Notes under the pieces: generated by a model | What the model was told of the DNA's origin: nothing | Database searches by the model: none | Seen by the model: the letters and a program-made list of their open reading frames with translations, nothing else | Translations under genes and position numbers: made by a program | Shown here: in pieces, positions 21,617 to 35,026 of the stretch | Position numbering within the stretch: position 1 is the first letter of the stretch | How the letters are laid out: each line of letters opens with the position of its first letter | Origin: Malacoraja senta | Lineage: Eukaryota | Direction: 5' to 3' | Assembly: GCA_038087875.1 (NCBI GenBank) | Contig: JAXLNO010000073.1 | Coordinates: 124,001 to 188,000 of the forward strand | DNA length: 64,000 nucleotides

Positions 21617-24600
21617 GCGAAATTCTCCTAGTGGCAGGATGCTGTAAGTTTGCAAATTCGTTGGCTCCCTTAACTTTTAACTTCCATTTACCACTATTTC
21701 AATGTTACTTGTGACTATTTGACTTCAAGACACTGTCTAACTTTTCATAAAGTGTTGACAACACTTTTACATGCCTTTATTGTCTAAGGATGGAGATAAC
21801 AAGGAAAGGAGGATCCCCAAGGAAGGAACAGGGGAAAAGCCACAACCACAGCCGCAGCTTCTGACTCCAGTATCATAGAAGCAATATCTAAAATGAACGA
21901 TGAATTGAAAAATGAGCTGAAAAATGAAATGAAAACAAGATTTGGCAGTTTGAAAGAAATGGTGAAAGGAGTTTCGACCAAATTGAAGGAAGTCCAATGA
22001 AAACTCTCTTTGTTACAAGATGAACTTCGTCAACAAAAGAATCAAATTTATATTTTGCGAACCCTGGGCCGGGAGAGAGATTTGACGATTGCAAAACTGG
22101 AACGGAGAATGAATGAAAACACTGGAGCACTTCAGCAATACAAGACTAAAAATATGGACCTAGAAAACATAAGCCGTCGTTTGAATTTACGAATTGTTGG
22201 TTAGCCGGAAGCTCAAGAAGGAGATAACGTTATAAAATATGCTTCTAAAATGATAAAGGAAACTTGCAACATTGAGCACAATGAAAACCTTCCGTTTTTG
22301 GATAACGCACACAGGATTGGGAACAAATCCGGTAATAAACCGAGACACTTGATTATTCGGTTTCATTTTTTGCAAATGAAGGAGATTATTCTCCAGGCAG
22401 CAAAAAAAAGTTGGGCGTGGTTGAAAATGAAGAATGCAAGTTTCGGTTTGTTCCTGGTTATAGTTACGAGCTTTTGGAAATAAGAAAGTCATTTTATAAT
22501 GTAATGGCTGATTTGTATATGAAAAAGCTGCGCCCAGTCTCACTATACCAAACTAGATTGCGTATTCGACTTTCCAACGATAATACTCGATTTTTGAACA
22601 ATGCCCAAGACACCTCCAGCTTTTTGGAGAGTGACGAGGAGGAAGGGGATTAATTGATAGCTGATTAAGTTATAATTGCAGATTTACTGTTCCTATTTTG
22701 ACAACATATCGTTTGGTAATGATAAAGAATTTAACTGGACGAGTTGTTTTTCTTTTATATATTACCTTTTAAGAATGTATTTGTTAATTCGTGTTCCCCT
22801 GTCGTTAGACAAACTAAGAGAACGCAGTTCTTGTTTTTCATATCTTGACCTTGGATAATATTATGTAGTATTCGCTCTTTAACTCCATGCCAGCCTATAT
22901 ATTTTTTCTTCTTTTTCAAAGAGATAACAACGAACGTGTTATGGCTAGGAGTGGCTAAATATGATTCCCTCTATGCCGAGCGCTGTTACTAGGAGACATG
23001 GTGTCAGGGAAGGGATTAGGTAGCTTGCTGACTGTCTATTGGTCAGTTTGGGGCATTACAGGGGTGGGAGGGGTCTTTTGTTCCTTCATTTGTGCAAATT
23101 CTGAACTACAAAAATGTCTGAAATGTCGTCACTTCTGGCTCCGCCCTAGATTTTTCTTCTTCCAGTATCATGAACTATTAGGCTTCAAGAAATGAACCCA
23201 TTACATCCCACATGATTTTTACAAGCAATATGGATAAAGTTATTAACTTCCTTTCATGGAATGTGATTGGCTTGAAGTTTTTAAAGTTCTTCACTGACTA
23301 AATTCTCAGATTATCTTTGTTCAGGAAACTCATGTAAGGCAAGATGACAATTTACGATTCTTCACGTTTTGGAGAGGACAGCAGTTTCATTCAAATTCAC
23401 AGGCTAAGGTGAAAAGGAGTCTATTTTACTTCGGAGTCACGTGAGTGACTACGTGAAGAACCCCGCCAGTGCGCCTGCGCGTCATTACGTCAACTGCAAG
23501 GTAAGTAAAAACTTTTTTCAGGTTTTCCAGGTCCGTTTACTGTGGGTCTATGGGGATTTTTTCCACAGACGCCATGGAAAAAACGGACAGGGGAAGAGGC
23601 GAGCGACACAGCCGACAGAAGTCGGGAAAGTCGGGAGTCCGCGGTTAGAGACCAACCGCCTCTAAACCCCGGTACAGTCGCCAGCGGTGAGCATAGCGAC
23701 TGTGGACCTGGGGCTGGTGAAAACACAGTCAGCGCCTATCGGGCAAAAGACAAAGTTTAAATCCCAACGGAGGGAGTCCCAGGCAATGGAAGTAGCTCCA
23801 GGGCTAGATACTGCTTTCGAGCGTATTGCCCAAATAGAAAGCCTTTTACATAGGCTGTTGGAGCAAAGTTCACTCAGAGAGGAGTGTTCTGAAAGCCAAG
23901 CTGCCGGAAACAGCTCAAACAGCTCCTGGTACAGGGCTAGATACTGCTTTCGAGCGTATTGCCCAAATAGAAAGCCTTTTTCATAGGCTGTTGGAGCAAA
24001 GTTCACTCAGGAAGGAGTGTACTGTAATCCAAGCTGCAGGAGCAGCTTAACAGCACCTGGCTCAGGGCTGATGGAATGCACCCTCAGGAATGAGGAGCGT
24101 GCTACGGGTCATGAGCTTTCAGACCCCGACTCTGACGGTGAGGCTGTACAAGGCGATGAACGGCAGCTGCCAGATGTTCCACCCCTGGCAGTAGGATTCG
24201 CTGCCCCGTCAGGGTCAGGAGAGCCATTAGGAGAAGAACTGGCCTCCTTAATAAATTACTTGGTTTACCATTAGCTGGAACAGCAGGAAATGGATGAGAC
24301 TGCAAGAAGTAACTGTGGGTTGCTGAAAGCAGCAGCAGTGAATCAAATTATCTGGAATCAGTTGCAGAGAATATTAAAGCTGCTGGGTTCTGGAATAACT
24401 GCTTTTACCAGTATAGCAGGTAACAACCAAAAGATGACGAAGTTGCATCAGCAAGCACTGGGGTTGCTATGCAGCACCCACTTCGAGATCAATTATCTGA
24501 GGAAAGTGCTATACGGTCTACTATGAATCCGAAATTCGCAGCACTCTGCAAACCAAGTAATATACAATTACCCAACTTACTCTTTGGAGATATCTCGGGA

Positions 24601-24899
24601 GACGTATTAAAGAGTTGGAAGATGAAGCGAAAACAGGATTGATAAATACATCAATGGTTGCAAAGTCTGTAAAGAGGGAAGTATCCTTTCAGACGTCATA
24701 CGGATCCTAGACCAGGACCAAGTCGCTCATCAACGCAGGGACGTAGCTGGCGGCCTGCAGCGGGAGTAAGGACAAGTGGTTGTGCTTCCGGGAGAATCCA
24801 GGGATCTCAAAATACTCAAATGACTCAAGAGGTAGGTGACCTGGTTCTCAGGGGAAGATGTGGTAATTCTGAATAATATACAAGGATTTCAATCCAAAT

Positions 24900-26478
24900 T
24901 ATGATTTGCCTGTCCAGCATGTTCCTAGCAGAACTCTCCACTTTGCGAAGTAATGGAGGTTCAAGTTGCACTTCAAAACCCTATATATAAAAGGTATTAT
25001 TAAAGAATCAGTCTACCAAATTCACCAATTTGGGTCAAATATATTCCCTCGATCAAAAAAGGATGGAGGATGTAGGATTATTATAGACTTGACAAGTCTG
25101 AATCCTTTTGTTCAGTGTTTGTTCACTTGCAAGATATGAAGTATTTTAAATTTACATGGATGAACCAATTAGGGCAGTTCAAAGCTCTGCCTAAAGGGTT
25201 AACGTTCCCTTCCAGAATATTTATAAAAATCAATTCTGGGGTTGCTGAGAGCCAGGGGCATGTACTAATGGCATACCTGGATGATGTCCTGATTATAGGA
25301 AGGACAAAACAGTCAACAGAAGTATCGGTTGCAGTAATAAAATCAAACTTTTGAAAGTTTGGGGGTTTCTAAATTCATCCAAAGAAATCAAGGTTAAAAA
25401 CATGTACCTCGATTGATTATTTGGGGTTCACAATTGATTCAGCCCAAATGCAAATTACTTTGCCCAGTGAAAAAGGGGTGTAGTTGATTAAAGATTGCAG
25501 TAATCTGTTAAACGAGCAAAAACCTCTAATCAGACAGGTGGCTCGAGTACTGGGAAAATTAGTAGATTCCCAGCAGTCCAGTATGGACCATTACATTATC
25601 AACAGCTGCAGAGAATTAAAGAACAGGCACTGAGAATAAATGCTGGTCATTTTGATAGAACCATGCAAGTAACAACAAATGCTGTTTCTAAGCTGCAGTG
25701 GTGGATTCTACATGTCTCAAGCAGTTCAGGCAAAGTGCTGATTGAACAACCTTCCATGATATTACAAACTGATGCCAGTGCACTAGGATGGGGTGCAACT
25801 GACTTAACATGGAGCTGCGGAGGCAGATGGAATCAGGAAAAGTTAGTGTTACTGCAGACATGGGGAATTACCTATTTGGAGCTTTTAGGAGGTTTCTATG
25901 GACTCCAAGCTTATGGTTCTAACACAACTAAAAGGAAGGTTCAAATTCAAATTAATAAACACAACAGTAGTTGCCTATATTAATGATATGGGTGGAATTA
26001 AGTCGGTGTCATGTGACAAAATGGTTAAATCAACTTCGATCTTGGTGTATTGAAAAGAACATTTGGTTTTCAGCTATCTATCTACCAGGTAGAATGAACA
26101 CGATAGCAGACACCTGGTCACGAAAAGTTCCATGATAATAAAGAATGGATGTTGAATCAAGAGGTATTCAATGATATAGTAATCAGATTTGGAATGACCG
26201 ACATCGACTTGAATCATCAGCTATCGAGATATGTCTCATGGAAACCAGATCCAGGAGCAGTGGCGATTGATGCTTTCTCGCTACATTGGGGTGGTATGTT
26301 TTCATATATATTTCCACCTTTCTGCCTCATAAGCCAATGTTTGCTTAAAATCAGGCAAGATGCTGCTTCAAGGGTATTGGTAGTACCAGATTGGCCTATA
26401 CAGCCATGGTATCTGTTGATATTAGAATTAACAACACAAATGTTGATGAAAGTCCCAAAAAGGAGCTGCACCCTGTAA
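24900..26478 (+). pseudogene. DIRS RT-RNase H-methyltransferase-like ORF (frameshifted)
   Basis: Motifs KKDGGCRIIIDL, FKALPKGL, MAYLDDVLI, LQTDASALGWGA and WKPDPGAVAIDAF occur in order. Confidence 0.85.
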
Positions 26479-26539
26479 CAGGGGTAACAACATCCATTAT
26501 ATCATCGTTTGGATTTGATGATTTGCAGGTTTTAAGAAT

Positions 26540-27501
26540 GCCTTTTCTGGGACGAGGACTGTCTGATCATACTGTGGACATGCTTACGGCAGCCGGGAGG
26601 AAGAGCACTCAAAAACAGTACCTTTCTTATATTAAGAAATGGGAAGAGTTCTGTGTACAAAAGAATGTGCAATAAAGTACTGCAGATATTTCAAATGTTT
26701 AGAATTTCTGTCAAAACTTTATTATGATGAAGGTCTGCGTTGTAGTGCAATTAATTCAGCCAGAAGTGCATTGTCCTCATATTTGCTTCTGGATTCAGAA
26801 AGAAACCCAATTGGGTCACACCCAATTGTTTCCAGACTAATGAAAGGAATCTTTAATTCCAAACCACCGAAACCTGGGTACGTGACAATCTGGGATGTAA
26901 GTGTGGTACTGAAACTACTTCGTGAATGGTCATCAAGTGTGTCTTTACCTTTGGTCAAGCTCAGTATGAAAGTATTCATGCTTATGGCATGAGTGACAGC
27001 ACAACGAGTGCAAACACTTGGAAAATTACAAATAGACAGTATGGAAGTAACTGAAGACAAGGTTACATTCTATATCTATGACCTACTAAAGTAAATTAGG
27101 CCAGGTGTGACAGGATTTAAAATTATGCTAGCAGCATATCCAAATGATCCATGTCTCTGTATTAAGACATATTTATTACAATACATTGAGGTCACAAAGA
27201 ATTTGAGAATACGGAAACTGGGTTGTTGATCACACACAAGAAACCACACAAGAGAGTTTCAATACAGACTATTTCCAGATGGATAAAAGAAGTCTTAACA
27301 GCTACTGGTATTAACACTTATGTTTTTACGTCTCACTCGTTTAGGGCAGCAGAAACGTCGGCGGCCAGGGCAAAAGACGGCCCCGTCGACCATATCCTCG
27401 CAGCCGCCGGGTGGTCCAATGAGTTGATGTTTCAACATTTTTACCATTGGCCTATTGTTAATGCGGGGTTGTTTGCAGAAACTATTTTAAGTTCTGTGTA
27501 A
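26540..27501 (+). pseudogene. DIRS tyrosine recombinase (frameshifted)
   Basis: Encodes STQKQY..KW, AINSARSALS, WDVSVVL, TISRWIKEVL..GI..FTSHSFR..AAGWS...F..FY (H-x-x-R, W and Y catalytic region). Confidence 0.9.
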
Positions 27502-29608
27502 ATTCCTCTGGTTTAAAGGGGATCTGATTCATTTCATTATTGAAATGAAATACTGCATTTGTGGTACAAATGTTATTATTAATGCATGATTGATTATTCT
27601 CGTTCCGAGTCAATCTATGCAGTGAGAAGCCGGGATTGATCCACAGCATGAAATCACAAAGCTTTAAAATCTTCACGTAGTCACTCACGTGACTCCGAAG
27701 TAAAATAGTAAGATTAAACGAGAACTTACCTAAGTTTGAAGTTTGATCTTTATTTTATGAGGAGTTACGTAGGTGATTACGTGCCCACCACGACCCTACC
27801 CTCTATCATAAAGGTCAGATGGAAGTTCTTGTATTACTCGTTTTATTATGAGACTATATTACTTCGGTTGTTGTTTTTGTGATTTCACACCGCTGCTTTG
27901 AAGATTGACGCGCAGGCGCACTGGCGGGGTTCTTCACGTAATCACCTGCGTAACTCCTCATAAAATAAAGATCAAACTTCAAACTTAGGTAAGTTCTCGT
28001 TTAATCTTACTATTTTAATTGACTCCTCAATTCCGTTTGTTCACTATGAAACAATTTCTGATCCACATGGCAGGTTTTTGCTGATTACCGGTGTTCTTTA
28101 AATGCAAAAAGTTGCTATGGCGAATGCCTAAGCACCAAATATTGATCACCCTGAGTTTTTTAAACAGTTAATTGCATCCTTTCCTAATTTAAATGACACA
28201 TTTTAATAACGGGTGGAGATTTCAACTGCTGTCTGAACCCCTCGATTGATAGGTCTACATCTGATCATGTGCTTCCAAATAAACAGCTAATTGTATTAAT
28301 TCTTTTTTACTAGACTCTGGAATGTTGGAAGTTTGGAGATTCTTACACCCAAATGAAAAATAATTTTCATTTTTCTCTCATGTATATCATAGTTATTCTA
28401 GGATTGACTGTTTTATACTAGATTCTCGGCTAGTTCCATCGGTCGCTGCGTGTGAGTATGATACAATTGCTCTTTCTGATAACGCACCATTGAAACTATT
28501 AATCAAACTACCTGATTCCAAGTTTAGTGCTAAGCAATGGCGATTTAATGCTACTTTGCTTCAAGACTTAATCTTTATTAATTTTATGAAAGATCAGATT
28601 GCTTTTTACTTCTTGACAAACGCTACTGAAGAAATATCCAATGGTGTAGTCTGGGATGCTTTTAAGGCATATATTCGTGGACAAATTATGGCATACTCCG
28701 CGGGATTAAAAAAACAAACTCAAAAAGAAATACCTACATTGGCTGACGAGATTAAAGAAATTGATAAAAAATATTCAAAAGCTCCTAGTTTAGAGCTCTA
28801 TAAGAATAGAGTTGAACTTTAATGGAGACACGATTTGTTATTAGTATCACCGATTGAGAACCAGGTACTTAAAACCAAAAGTCAATTTTATATACATGGC
28901 GAAAAATCAGATAAATGACTCGCTAATCAATTGAAAGCCGTGTCGGCCAAGCGTCAGATTACTACAGTGAGTAAACGGGATGGTACAGTAACTGTAGACC
29001 ATGACGAAATTAATAAATCCTTTCAGGAATTTTATACCTTCCTATACCAATCAGATTTTCCAACATTCCAATATAATGCATGAGTTTTTAACGAAACTGA
29101 ACTTACCAAATTTACCATATAACGAGTATCTGTTGTTAGATGAACCCATCACGGAAGAAGAAATACAGAAGGCAATTTTTCAATGAATTTTGGTAAAGCT
29201 CTCGGTTTAGATGGGTTCACAGTAGAATTTTTAAAGTATTTTTCAAATTTATTGTCTCCATGGCTATGCAAGGTATTTAAAGAAGCCGTTTTAAGGAATA
29301 GATTACCACAATCTTTTTATGAAGCTTCTATTTCTTCAATTCTTTAAAAAGATAAAGACCCTATTGAAGTGACATCATATAGACCTATATCAATGTTAAA
29401 TGTAGATTTCAAAATTATTTCCATAATTTTAGCTATGAGATTAGAAAATATTTTACCGCAAATTATCTCTGGAGATCAGACAGGTTTTATTTAAAATCGT
29501 TGCACCTACTTTAACGTTAGGAGATTAATGAATATTGTATATACAGCGTCTAATAAAACCCCAGAATGTGTCATCTCACTCGTTGCCGAGAAGGCGTTAT
29601 ATAGAGTA

Positions 29609-31031
29609 ATAATAATAATAATAACTTTATTTATAGAGCACTTTAAAAACAACCGCAGTTGCAACAAAGTGCTGTACATGACTAATCATGGACAAGAAAT
29701 TATTACATAACAATAAAAACATTAAACGAAAGAGTAAAAACAATAAAATTAAAAACATTAAAAGCAGTGAAAACAGGAGCAAATTCTCAACCAGTGTCAA
29801 AAGCCAAGGAATATAAATGTGTTTTAATACTGGTTTTGAAGATGGACAGTGAGGGGGCCTGTCTGATGTGCAACGGCAGGGTGTTCCAGAGTGCCGGAGC
29901 AGCAACAGAGAAGGCTCTATCCCCTCTGAGCTTCCGCTTAGACCTCGGTACCTCCAGGAGCAGCTGATCAGCTGACCTGAGGCACCGGGCAGGAGCGTAT
30001 CGGTGGAGCAGTTCAGAGAGGTAAGGCGGGGCGAGCCCATTTAGAGATTTAAAAGCAAATAAAAGAATTTTAAAATGAACTCGAAAGTGCACCGGGAGCC
30101 AGTGGAGGGAGGCCAGAATTGACGTTTTGTGCTCCCTCTTTCGAGTTCCAGTCAAAAGGCGAGCAGCAGTATTTTGAACCAACTGGAGACGATCCAGTGA
30201 AGATCATGCAGCTCCAAAATAGAGTGTGTTACACTAATCCAGCCTAGATGTAATAAAGGCATGGATTACTGTTTCAAAATGCTGTCGCTCGAGAATGGGC
30301 TTCACCTTTGCCAGCTTCCTTAGGTGAAAGAAGCTGGACTTAACCACCGCGCGCATTTGATGATCTAATTTAAAATCACTGTCCATCCTAAAACCTAGGT
30401 TCAAAACTGTTGGCTTTACGTACCGTGCCAGTGGACCCAAGTCAACAAGGGGAGGTTCACGGCGGCCATTGGGGCCAAACAATATCACCTCTGTCTTCTT
30501 TTCATTAAATCCTAGAAAGTTTAGGGCCATCCAGGACGTAATGTACTCAGGACATGACAGAAGTGATTTGACAGAAAAGGCATCTTCCTTCCTCAGCGGT
30601 ATATATAGTTGGCTATCATCAGCATAACAATGAAAAGAGATGCCATGCTTTCTAAGAATGGAACCCAGAGGAAGTAAGTATAGTGAGAAATGAGGGGCCC
30701 TAAAATTGAGCCCTGTGGAACCCCATATGACAGAGGAGCGGAGGAGGATTCAAAACCAGCAAGGCTTACACACATAGTTCTGTCTGCCAGATAGGAACTG
30801 AACCATCCCAGGGCACTGCCACAGATGCCCACTAGTGCTGTAACCGAGATATTAAGATACCATGATCCACTGTATCAAAGGCGGCAGATAGGTCCAGCAG
30901 GACAAGAACCACATAATTACCAGAATCATTTGCTAGTAGGATGTCATTAAAAACCCTTAGCAATGCTGACTCTGTGCTATGCATAGTTTTAAACCCAGAG
31001 AAACGACTGAATTGATTAAGTGATGCTACTA
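29609..31031 (-). mobile_element. 5'-truncated L2 LINE nested in L1 ORF2
   Basis: Encodes YGVPQGSILGP, LNFLGFNEKKTE and VQNTAARLLT..LHWLPV. It has a (TTA)n tail and the TSD agagta at 29603-29608 and 31032-31037. Confidence 0.93.
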
Positions 31032-33435
31032 AGAGTAGAATGGGAACTTATTCAATACACTTGAAAAATGTAAGATTGGTCCAAAAGTTATTTCTTGGAT
31101 CAAGCTGATATATCATATACCTCAGGCTTCTGTATTTACTAATAATCAAAGATTCCCTTTTTTCAGGCTCTTTTGAGGTACCAGACAGGGCTGTCCCTTA
31201 AGTCCTTCACTATGAGATATGCTGTGGAATCTTTAGCCACCGCTATTCGTGAATCCCCTAATATTTTTGGTATTGTCCGCGGGAATTAAGACACATAAGT
31301 TATCCCTTTATGCAGATGATCTGTTATCATTCATTTCTATCCCTGAGAAATCCATTCCGGCAATAGTAGCAACACGTAATCAATTCAGTAGTTTCTCTGG
31401 TTATAAACTAAATCTTAGTAAGAGTGAACTTTTTCCGTTAAATAATGTTGTTCGAATTATGGACAGTTTCTACTTAGATTGACTACCGAAAGTTTTAATT
31501 ATTTAGGTATTAAGATTCACCAAAGAAACACAATAATTTATTTAAAGCTAATTTTATGCCTTTAATTGACCATATTAAACATCAGTTTACTAAATGGTCA
31601 CCAATGTCCTTATCCTTAATTGGCCGAATCAATGCTATTAAAATGTTCATTTTACCCAAATTTCTGTATTTATTTCAGACGATACCAATTTTAATTGCCA
31701 AATCTTTCTTTGATAATATAGACTTCAAAATGTCTTCATATATATGGAGAATAAAAATCCCAGACTAAGTAAAAAATACTTACAGAAATCAAAAAAGGAT
31801 GGTGGTTTGGCATTGCCGCACCTTAGATTCTACTATTGGGCAGTCAACGTTCGTTATTTAATATTTTGGACAAAGATTTAGAAGATACCCAATGCCCAGG
31901 ATGGATAAACCTTGACGTGATTCCTTACAAGGGCTATAATTGGCTTCTATTCTAGGAGCCTCGTTACCTTTTACAATTACGAGATTGAATAAATATACGA
32001 CTTACCCAATAATTAGACATACGTTCCGAATATGGTTTCAATTTCGTAAGTTTTTTGGACTAAATGATTTTATACTTATCGAGTCCTATTTTATCCAATT
32101 TTCTCTTCCAACCTTCTAGTACCGATCAAGTATTTTTGTTTATGGAAGAGGAAGAGATTAGTAGCTTTTCGTGATTTTGTTTTGGAGGGTTGTTTTATGT
32201 CTTTCGAACAACTCTCCAATAAATATCACTTACCTAATTAACACTTTTTTAGATATTTACAATTTAGACTTTTTTTGAAGGCCACCCTTGTTCCGCAACC
32301 ACATCAAGCCGAAATTTTGGGAAAAAATTACATTTGTTCCCTTATCAGAAAGGATTAATAACGACTAGTTATGAGTTGGTTTTTTAATTTAGAAATAGAT
32401 ACATCTGATAAAACTAAGAATGACTGGGAAAGAGAACTCCCAATTGCTTTATCTATAGAAAAATGGGAGAGGATTCTTCAATTAGTCAATACCTCTTCAA
32501 AGTGTGCAAGACACGCTCTGATACAATTCAAGGTGGTTCACAGAGCTCATATGTCAAAAGATAAGTTGGCTCGTTTTTATGGTCATATAAATCCTACCTG
32601 TGACAGATGTAACTCTGAAATGCCTCACTGACCATATGTTTTGGGTCCTGCCCACTTTTGCAAAAATAATTGGAAAGAAAATGTTGGTACTATTTCTGTA
32701 GTCTTAGGTATTGATTTACAACCTCATCCTATGGGCTACCAATGTTCGATTGTATTCATTTGTCCCGCTCCGCCCATCGGTTGATTGCTTTTACCGCATT
32801 AATCGCCAGAAGATCTATTTCATTTAAATGGAAAGACTCCAACCTCCGACCACACTCCAGTGGTATTCTGAAACGATATCATGTTTAAATTTAGAGAAAA
32901 TCAGGAGTGACATTGTTGAACCCTTTGTTACATTTGATAAGACTTGGGGAAAATGAACAATTTCACACAACATAAATTGCTCCCTTTAACCGTTATAAAA
33001 ACTAATTTTACCTCTATAGGGTGGAACGGACTTGACGACAAACAGACTTAAATTGTTAAAATTCTCAGTTCAGATTCTGTTTTGCTTTGCTTTGTTTTTT
33101 ATTTATTTATTTATCTAATTTAGATTAGGGGTTGTTTTTTCTCCTTTTTTACTTTTCCTTTTGTCTTTTATCTTTGGGTTTTGTGCTACATTTATAAGTT
33201 TTCTTTTAAAGATTTAACTATATTAACTATATTTACATGGAGGTCTATATTCAATGTGTATTTTGACTGGTCTCATAATAGGTTATACCTGTTATTATTG
33301 TAATCCTGATCCCTATGTATCAATTTCATTGTTATGTTTATCATTATTCTCTTTGCTCTGTTTTTTTATGTTCTATTTTTGTTTTTTTTGGAGGAAAAAA
33401 ACAATATAAAGATTTTAAAAGAAAGAAAGAAAGAC

Positions 33436-34245
33436 TATTGTGCTCAGTTCTGGGCACCATGTTATAGGAAAGATATTGTCAAGCTGTAAGGATTCAGAAA
33501 AGATTTACGAGGATGTTGCCAGGACTAGAGGGTGTGAGCTATGGGGAGAGGCTGATAAGGCTGGATCTCTATTCCATAGTGCGTAGGATGATTATGGTAG
33601 TACTCATAGAAGTATACAAAATCAACGAGAGAAATAGATCGGGTTGATGCACATAGTCTTTTAGCCAGATGAGGAGAATCGAGGACCAGAGGACATAGGT
33701 TCAACGTGAAGTGGAAAAGATTTAATAGGAATCCGAGGAGTAACAAACTGTGGTGGGTAAATGGAACAAGCTCAGAAATGGAACAGGCTCACAAATGGAA
33801 AGGATTCGAATGCAGGCTCACCGAGAAGTACTGAAGAAAGCCCCAAATCCAAACGCGAATGGAACCCAACGACACAGACCTGGAAACAACAGAACTCAGA
33901 ACTGCTATCGAACGGACAGAATGCAGAACTGATTAGTCGGCACACAATAGGTGATGATCTCAGGTAGTTATACCAAGTGTGAAATTAGGGGAGCAGATTA
34001 AATGCAGGTGTAACTTCTAATAGTTCAGGGGACGAGTGCGGAGTGAGTCTCAAGTGTCTGGAGGCGTGGCAAGTGTGGCAATCCAATCGTTTACGAAACA
34101 GTTCGACAGGTACTTGGATCGGACAGGTTTGGAGGGATATGGACAAAGCGCAGGCAAGTGGGACTAGTGTAACTCGGACATTGTTGGCCGGTGTGCGCGA
34201 GTTGGGCCCGAAGAGTCTATGTCCACACTGTATCGTTCTATGACT
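33436..34245 (+). mobile_element. CR1 LINE 3' part (continuation of 20683-21616), interrupted at ~33770-34060
   Basis: Resumes YCAQFWAP..RK after the TSD, with a CR1 3' UTR at 34150-34245. Confidence 0.8.
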
Positions 34246-35026
34246 ATGTTCTGAAGTCGGTTTCAGACGTCTTGGACCCGGGAACCACGGAGGCAATACA
34301 CCATCCTCGTTCGTTCCATGAAACCAATGTTCTATACATTAGGCTAGCTGTCCTTGGGATCCCATGCGATGTAGCCTTTCCCAGCAGCCGACGACACCTA
34401 CCTTGGCAAATACCTTGCTGAAATCCATATACACGTCGTCCTCAGCTGTGCCCTCAACAACCTTTTGCTTCCGTCTTCAAAAACGAACGCGTACATACAG
34501 GGGACTTGATCAATCACCCTGTTCAACTCTCGTTAATATGGAACTCTTCAGGATACGTGCCAATCACATGGAGCCCAACTATTCACTTGAAATGAATAAA
34601 CTCACTGAAACCGCTAAGTAACTGGAAAATACATTTCATATTGGTGGAACTTGTCGAGCTGCTGGCAAATAACTGCGGAGCCCCTGTTTCAATCCGGATA
34701 CGTAGTGCTGATAGTGTTGAGTTTGAATGCTCTCCCAGAGTTCCTCCGACATTTGAAGGACGTGGGTGTTGTTCGGCTGATTTGACTGTTTAAGGTACGT
34801 CGATGAATGGTAGCACCTGGATGGGCTAATGGGAATGCTGGGCACGTTGAAACGAATGTTGCCTGTAGGTCCTTGTTCAATGGCGGGACATGTAGGTGTC
34901 GGGGCTGTGAACACATTATGTGACTTTATGATTAAGATTTGAATGAAGCGCGCAGTTGAAAAGAAGCCATGGAATAAATGGTTTAAATATCATTGCTAAG
35001 ACATTGCTTATCACTGGCAGAAATAT

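Larger units (their letters stand above)
23421..28017 (+). mobile_element. Complete DIRS1-type tyrosine-recombinase retrotransposon (decayed ORFs)
   Basis: Inverted terminal repeats (23450-23484 vs 27906-27940) and an internal complementary region at 27670-27783 matching both termini. Encodes a gag-like region, RT (AYLDD ~25270), RNase H (QTDASALGWG), a methyltransferase-like domain (AIDAFSLHW..YIFPPF) and a YR domain. Confidence 0.95.
21617..33435 (+). mobile_element. Near full-length L1-clade LINE, disrupted, hosting the DIRS and L2 insertions
   Basis: ORF1 at ~21780-22653 (coiled coil, DLENISRRLNLRIVG, DNAHRIG, PRHLIIRF). ORF2 runs from 23230 (INFLSWNV, QETH, WRFN, LYADD, QFKVVHR..C-x2-C). 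It has a T-rich 3' UTR, a (GAAA)n tail and the 9-bp TSD tattgtgct at 21608-21616 and 33436-33444. Confidence 0.93.

Noticed and set aside
26149..27501. Phage integrase / DNA methyltransferase suggesting bacterial contamination or horizontal transfer
   Set aside because: Both are normal DIRS1 domains and lie between the element's terminal repeats.
33761..33967. 68-aa ORF in the sequence interrupting CR1
   Set aside because: No recognisable motif or splice context, so it is left unassigned.
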